DNA of 64,000 nt from Squalus acanthias (lineage: Eukaryota): positions 139,192,001 through 139,256,000 of the forward strand of contig CM059432.1 in the NCBI GenBank assembly GCA_030390025.1. The letters are read 5' to 3'. Shown here piece by piece: positions 59,801 to 64,000 of this stretch. How positions within the stretch are numbered: position 1 is the stretch's first letter; each line of letters opens with the position of its first letter. The notes below the pieces were generated by a model. The model ran no database searches, had not been told where the DNA came from, and saw only the letters and a program-made list of their open reading frames with translations. Made by a program: the position numbers and the translations under genes.

Positions 59801-62407
59801 AACAGGCGAGGGCTCTTTTCGCTAGGAAAAAAAGGGAAGACTGAGGGTGATCTAATAGAGGACTTTAAAATTATGAAGAGGTTCGATAGGGTAGACTTAG
59901 AGAAGATGTTTCCACTTTGGGGGCAGGGGGGGTGGTGGAAAAAAAAGTCTAAAACTAGGGGCCATCAATATAAGATAGTCACTAATAAATCCAATAAGGA
60001 TTTCAGGAAAAAACTTCCTTACTCAGAGTGGTGAGAATGAGGAACTCGCTACCACAAGGAGTAGTTGAGGCGAATAGCATAGATACATTTAAGGGGAAGC
60101 TAGTTAAGTAAATGCGGGAGAAAGGGATAGAAGGATATGTCGATAGGATGAGAAGTAGTAAATAAAGTGGGAGGAGGTTTGTGTGGAGCATAAACACCAG
60201 CATAAACAGGTTGGGCCGAATGGCCTGTTGCTGTGTTGTAAATTCTATGATAGGCACGGATTGGTGCAAAACGGTTTGAAGACGGTGAAAACAGTTTAGT
60301 GTCTATTTTATATAATGGCTGCAATTTTAGGAAACACAAGGAGGGCAGAAATTCTTGTATCTCAAGAAATTCAAGTTCTCATTTTCTCTTTATTCTGTGG
60401 CCAGGGAAATAATAAATTCCGTAGAATTCACGAAGAGATATAATCTAGGTCCCAGTTCAGACCTCCATGGGTGGGAACAGGTTTTACGCTAATGCATCTG
60501 CAAAAAAGTGAGCGCAGCAGCTGCAAATTTCTGAGAAGTTTGTAATGGTGTCCAATAATGCTAGGGGGGTTAGGCAGCTCTTCACCTCACTCAGTAGGTT
60601 AGAAGGCACCGTTTTAGACAAGGTGAGTGAAGGGAAGAACTATTAACATTGCTAAGGACAATCACAGCACCGCCTACAGGTGTAACAGGTACTGCAGGTG
60701 AAGGTTGTCACTTTTAAAATGAGCGCTTCCATTGACAAGCCTACAAAAGGAGTTTTCAATGCACTGAGATAGAATGTTGTGACTTATCATTTTTAACATG
60801 CAATAGATACATTTCTAAATTAGTACTTAGTGAACAATTTTGCTTCAGTGAGCCAACATATTGCTGAGTCTCAAATTAACCCAGATTATACAGGTAAAGC
60901 AAGTTTTTATTTCTCACCTTCCTAGTTGAAGAAAATTCACAATCTATAGTTATGTAGAGTGTGATCCGTATAGATTTAGTGCAAAAGCCTTCCCTTACTT
61001 TAATCTGTTGACTGATGGAACATTCCTCCATGTTGGATGAAGCTGCTCTGCATTTATCACTTGTCCTTTTCTGTGTGCAAAACCCAGCCGACAGTACATG
61101 GACACTGCATTCTGAAGAATCAAAATGAACATTTCCATAAATATGTCCTCAAATAATGATTTTCCAAAAGAATCACCACCAAATATATCTAAAGGACACA
61201 TTAGGGCATCTTTTCCTTTCAACGCAGTGCCAGGGATGAAGGATTACAGTTACGTGGACAGACTGGAGAAGCTGAGGTTGTTCTCCTTCAAGCACAGAAG
61301 ACTAAGAGGAGATTTCACAGAGGTGTTCAAAATCATGAAGGGTTTAGATAGAGTAAATAAAGAGAAACTGTTTCCAATGGCTGAAGGGTCAGTAACCAGA
61401 GGCACACATTTAAGCTGACAAGAACCAGAAGCGACACGAGGGAAAACTTTTTCAAGCAACGAGTGGTTAGGATTTGGAATGCACTGCCTGATAGGATGGT
61501 GGATTCAATAGTAGCCTTCAAAAAGGGAATTGGATAAATACTTGGAGAAAAAATTGCACAGATATGGGGAAAGAATGGGGGAGTGGGACTAACTGGATTG
61601 CTCTTCGAAAGAGCCAGCAAAAGACTCAATGGGCCAAATGGCCTCCTTCTGTGCTTGTACTATTCTATGATTCTATAAAACCAAGATGATTTCTTCTCAT
61701 TAACGACTAATGGAAAATTTGCCATATAGTGCTGTGCATTAAATAAAATAGTAGAAATTGCCTATGTAAACTTGTCACGCTCTAATTACACCCTCCTGAC
61801 AGTGACAGCGCTGCAGTCCCCCACTGGTGTAATTACAGCCGGACAAGTTTTACACGGGTAGTTTCCAGTATCAATGTGGGCTCGGAAATTTATAACGGTA
61901 AATGTTAAGACAGGAAATGTATGCAAATGTAAGCCTTTAAATATAATACTGGGAGATCTCGCGTGGCATTGCTTGCAGCGAGTCAGAGTATTCAATGTTT
62001 TATAATAATAGGGCTGTTTATATCATGTAGTAGGATAACATCAAGGCCACTGACTTCGGTGACTGAGTAAGTGAAATTCCATTTGTATTAAATGGCATTC
62101 CGGAATTTTTACTGGTATTTTGGAAATTCAATTTCACAACTATAAAAAAGTAGTACATATATGTTCATCAAACTTGCTTGCATCTACTCTATTGTTCCTT
62201 GCAGCATTTTGAAATCTCAAGTCATATCTCTGGAAATATGTGACAACTTAAAACATCACACAAGCAAAAGTGGAATAATTTAAAAAAAAAGCTTTAAGAT
62301 TACACTCACCTTTACAGTGTCTGGGGATCTGAATCTTAATTTATACATATGTAAAGCATCATACATACCTTCACAAGGGATAGATCTATTTCCAGCACAT
62401 TCGCCAA
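29687..62407 (-). CDS. FAM91A1: Protein FAM91A1 (WDR11 complex subunit), last 15 coding exons, 565 aa plus stop; 5' exons lie beyond the window end
   Basis: 15 phase-consistent GT-AG exons (1698 nt). They translate to sequence closely matching recalled vertebrate FAM91A1: [26 protein letters not shown]...[37 protein letters not shown]...[19 protein letters not shown]. Confidence 0.97.
30060..32748 (+). mobile_element. CR1 LINE, most of ORF2 (APE endonuclease and RT), frameshifted
   Basis: [40 protein letters not shown] and ttcttatg tail; antisense in the last FAM91A1 intron. Confidence 0.93.
33688..36850 (-). mobile_element. Near-full-length Meta-domain CR1-group LINE (APE-RT, no ORF1 seen), frameshifted
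   Basis: APE motifs [24 protein letters not shown] motifs [31 protein letters not shown]; short tail ...cccataaacgaatacaaaaaa; SINE-like 5' module at 36615-36850. Confidence 0.9.
36855..37620 (+). mobile_element. CR1 LINE 3' fragment
   Basis: Degenerate ORF2 end (MKGFDRVD...[11 protein letters not shown]) and tail. Confidence 0.85.
38089..38158 (-). CDS. FAM91A1: FAM91A1 coding exon
   Basis: cag|[23 protein letters not shown]|gtataa, 70 nt. Confidence 0.94.
38947..39698 (+). mobile_element. Harbinger-type MITE family B, copy 1
   Basis: GGGCCAGAATTTGC...GCAAATTCCGGACC termini; collinear with 57457-58214. Confidence 0.78.
40454..40577 (-). CDS. FAM91A1: FAM91A1 coding exon
   Basis: cag|(A)[41 protein letters not shown]|gtaaat, 124 nt. 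Confidence 0.94.
41311..41617 (-). mobile_element. 3' end of the Meta-headed LINE family
   Basis: Matches 33688-33990 and has a poly(A) tail. Confidence 0.85.
41666..41773 (-). CDS. FAM91A1: FAM91A1 coding exon
   Basis: cag|(E)[35 protein letters not shown]|gtaaag, 108 nt. Confidence 0.9.
41985..42400 (-). mobile_element. Deu-domain SINE
   Basis: Reverse complement of the SINE body at 12232-12615 and 45462-45890. Confidence 0.82.
43237..43685 (+). mobile_element. Deu-domain SINE with tRNA head, inside nested CR1 tails (42962-43880)
   Basis: A box TGGCTCAGTGG, B box GTTCAAGTCC, Deu body and L2-like tail. Confidence 0.85.
44022..44174 (-). CDS. FAM91A1: FAM91A1 coding exon
   Basis: cag|(E)[50 protein letters not shown]|gtacgc, 153 nt. 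Confidence 0.92.
45136..45208 (-). CDS. FAM91A1: FAM91A1 coding exon
   Basis: tag|[24 protein letters not shown]|gtgagc, 73 nt. Confidence 0.93.
45462..45890 (+). mobile_element. Deu-domain SINE
   Basis: gtggctcagtgggtagcactctcgcc head (B box deleted), Deu body, ...ggcgctatagaaatgcaagttctttcttt tail. Confidence 0.85.
46156..46269 (-). CDS. FAM91A1: FAM91A1 coding exon
   Basis: cag|[38 protein letters not shown]|gtaaag, 114 nt. Confidence 0.95.
46409..46543 (-). CDS. FAM91A1: FAM91A1 coding exon
   Basis: tag|[45 protein letters not shown]|gtattt, 135 nt. Confidence 0.95.
48976..49124 (-). CDS. FAM91A1: FAM91A1 coding exon
   Basis: cag|[49 protein letters not shown]|gtaaac, 149 nt. Confidence 0.95.
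49597..50344 (-). mobile_element. Harbinger-type MITE family A, copy 3 (reverse orientation)
   Basis: Perfect TIR GGGCCAGAAATTCA...TGAATTTCTGGCCC, TSD att/att. Confidence 0.9.
51751..51874 (-). CDS. FAM91A1: FAM91A1 coding exon
   Basis: aag|[42 protein letters not shown]|gtagga, 124 nt. Confidence 0.95.
53505..55845 (+). mobile_element. Nested CR1 LINEs: RT-bearing copy (about 53545-55032) inserted in an older CR1 ORF2 3' part
   Basis: Outer element GGMIKKFAD is interrupted and resumes at [11 protein letters not shown]; inner element has an RT core and (atgact)n tail. Confidence 0.88.
56250..56336 (-). CDS. FAM91A1: FAM91A1 coding exon
   Basis: cag|[29 protein letters not shown]|gtatgt, 87 nt. 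Confidence 0.95.
56680..57045 (+). mobile_element. Deu-domain SINE, 5' truncated
   Basis: Deu body and tail as in the other copies. Confidence 0.8.
57102..57214 (-). CDS. FAM91A1: FAM91A1 coding exon
   Basis: cag|(A)[37 protein letters not shown]|gtgaag, 113 nt. Confidence 0.95.
57457..58214 (+). mobile_element. Harbinger-type MITE family B, copy 2
   Basis: GGCCCAGATTTTGC...GCAAATTCCGGGTC; shares internal blocks (ggccctgaaaaactaattt, caatgtgattggctgcttag) with 38947-39698. Confidence 0.78.
58393..58511 (-). CDS. FAM91A1: FAM91A1 coding exon
   Basis: cag|[39 protein letters not shown]|gttagt, 119 nt. Confidence 0.93.
60999..61111 (-). CDS. FAM91A1: FAM91A1 coding exon
   Basis: cag|[38 protein letters not shown]|gtaagg, 113 nt. 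Confidence 0.95.
62369..62407 (-). CDS. FAM91A1: FAM91A1 coding exon
   Basis: cag|[13 protein letters not shown]|gtatgt, 39 nt. Confidence 0.92.
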
Positions 62408-62544
62408 CTGAAAAACATTAAACAAATTACATTCTTCAGAGATATACTTTCTGAACTATAGGCTCTTGAATTTCTGCAAAGGTTGTTCCCAGCCATACTG
62501 ATGACTGCCCCTCAATCTTGCCATCTCCCATGGATGAGCAAACT

Positions 62545-64000
62545 GACCATGGCATCATGATGAAGGAAGCCACTCAAGTGGGGGGGGAGTGAAAAGGAAT
62601 GTAGTTCTGGTAGGGGACAGTATAGTCAGGGGAATAGATACTGTTCTCTGCAGCCGCGACCGGGAGTTCCGACGGTCGTGTTGCCTGCCTGGTGCCAGGG
62701 TTAAGGATATCGCGTTGCGGCTGGAGAAGAACTTGGAGTGGGAGGGGGAGAATCCAGTTGCTGTGGTCCACGTAGGAACCAACAACATAGGTAGAACTAG
62801 GAATGAGGCTCTGCTGAGGGAGCTTGAGGAACTAGGATCCAAATTAAAAAGCAGAACCACAAATGTAATAATCTCTGGATTGTTACCTGAGCCACGTGCA
62901 AATTGGCATAGGGACAAACAGATTAGAGGTTTAAATGTGTGGCTCACAGTGCTGTGGGAGGAAGGGGTTTCAGTTCATGGGACCCTGGCACCAGTACTGG
63001 GGAAAGAGGGAGCTGTTCCGTTGGGATGGGCTCCACTTAAACCGGGCTGGGACCAGTGTCCTGGCGAATCGAATAACTAGAGCAGTAGACAGGGCTTTAA
63101 ACTAATGAGAGGATTCAGGAAAGAGTAAATTTAAAAGCAGAGAGAGAAATGTCAAGGCTCTAGAGCAGAGTAGAGTTTTGGGTAAAAATAAGCTGAGTGT
63201 GTAAGGAAGGGACAGAGAGAGTAACAAAGGTAATAAGGCATCAGTGACAAAGGTGACATCAGGAAGAAATAGAAAAAAGTCAAAGCTAAGGGCACTATAT
63301 CTGAATGTGCGAAGCATTTGCAACAAAATAGATGAATTAATAGCGCAGATAGAAATGAATAGGTTTGATCTAATAGCCATTACGGAGACGTGGTTGCAAA
63401 GTGACCAAGGTTGGGAACTAAATATTCCCGGATACTGTACTTAACTTTTAGAAGAGATAGGCAAAATGGAAAAGGAGGAGGGATAGCCCTGATAATAAAG
63501 GATGGGATAAAGACAGTAGAGAGAAAGGATCTTAGCTCCAAAAATCAAATAGTAGAATCAGTTTGGGTGGAGCTAAGAAACAGCAAGGGGCAGAAAACAT
63601 TGGCGGAAGTAGTTTATAGGGCCCCAAACAGTTGCTGTAATGTAGGGCAGATATAAATCAGGAAATTAGAGGCGCATGTAACAAGGGTAATACAGTAATC
63701 ATGGGGGATTCTAATCTACATATAGACTGGGCAAACCAAATTTGCAGTAATAGTGTAGAGGACGAATTCATGGAATGTATACAAGATAGTTTTCTAGATC
63801 AGTAGGTTGAGGAACCAACTAGGGAACAGGCTATTTTAGATCTAGTACAGTATTGTGCAATGAGAAAGGGTTAATTAATAACCTTGTAGTAAAGGGGTCC
63901 TTAGGGAAGAGTGACCATAATTTTATATTAAGTTCGAAAGTGATTTAGTTAAATCCGAAACTAGGGTCTTAAATCTAAACAAAGCAAAATACGTAGGTAT
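62545..64000 (+). mobile_element. CR1 LINE 5' half: ORF1 SGNH esterase domain and start of ORF2 APE, degenerate, runs off the window
   Basis: VVLVGDSIVRG, CCLPGARVKDI, VVHVGTNNI (esterase blocks), then LRALYLNVRSICNK, IAITETWL, VVYRAPN. Confidence 0.92.

Noticed and set aside
29687..62407. U12-type introns in FAM91A1
   Set aside because: None of the 14 donors in the window matches the GTATCCT/ATATCCT consensus; all look U2-type.
62589..63080. Cellular SGNH/GDSL esterase gene
   Set aside because: It is CR1 ORF1: frameshifted and directly followed by the APE domain of ORF2.

Overview
This is vertebrate genomic DNA. The repeat landscape (CR1/L2 LINEs, Deu-domain SacSINE1-like SINEs, Penelope elements, Harbinger-type elements) points to a cartilaginous fish, which is an inference. 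Two spliced genes lie in tandem on the minus strand. (1) FAM91A1: the last 15 coding exons (62407 to stop at 29687), followed by a long repeat-free 3' UTR. (2) A signal-peptide-bearing M20A dipeptidase of the CNDP1/CNDP2/anserinase family: exons 1-8 (ATG at 15800 to 1050), with the gene continuing beyond the window start. All exon junctions are GT-AG and phase-consistent. Most other sequence is transposon-derived. The main leads are: two Penelope insertions carrying minimal hammerhead-ribozyme motifs, in sense orientation on either side of dipeptidase exons 2-3; a LINE family that apparently has a tRNA/Meta-domain SINE-like head and no ORF1, plus a short non-autonomous derivative; a Harbinger-type MITE family with conserved splice signals; and the possibility that the dipeptidase is an anserinase-type paralogue. 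All family names come from recalled motifs; no database search was run.
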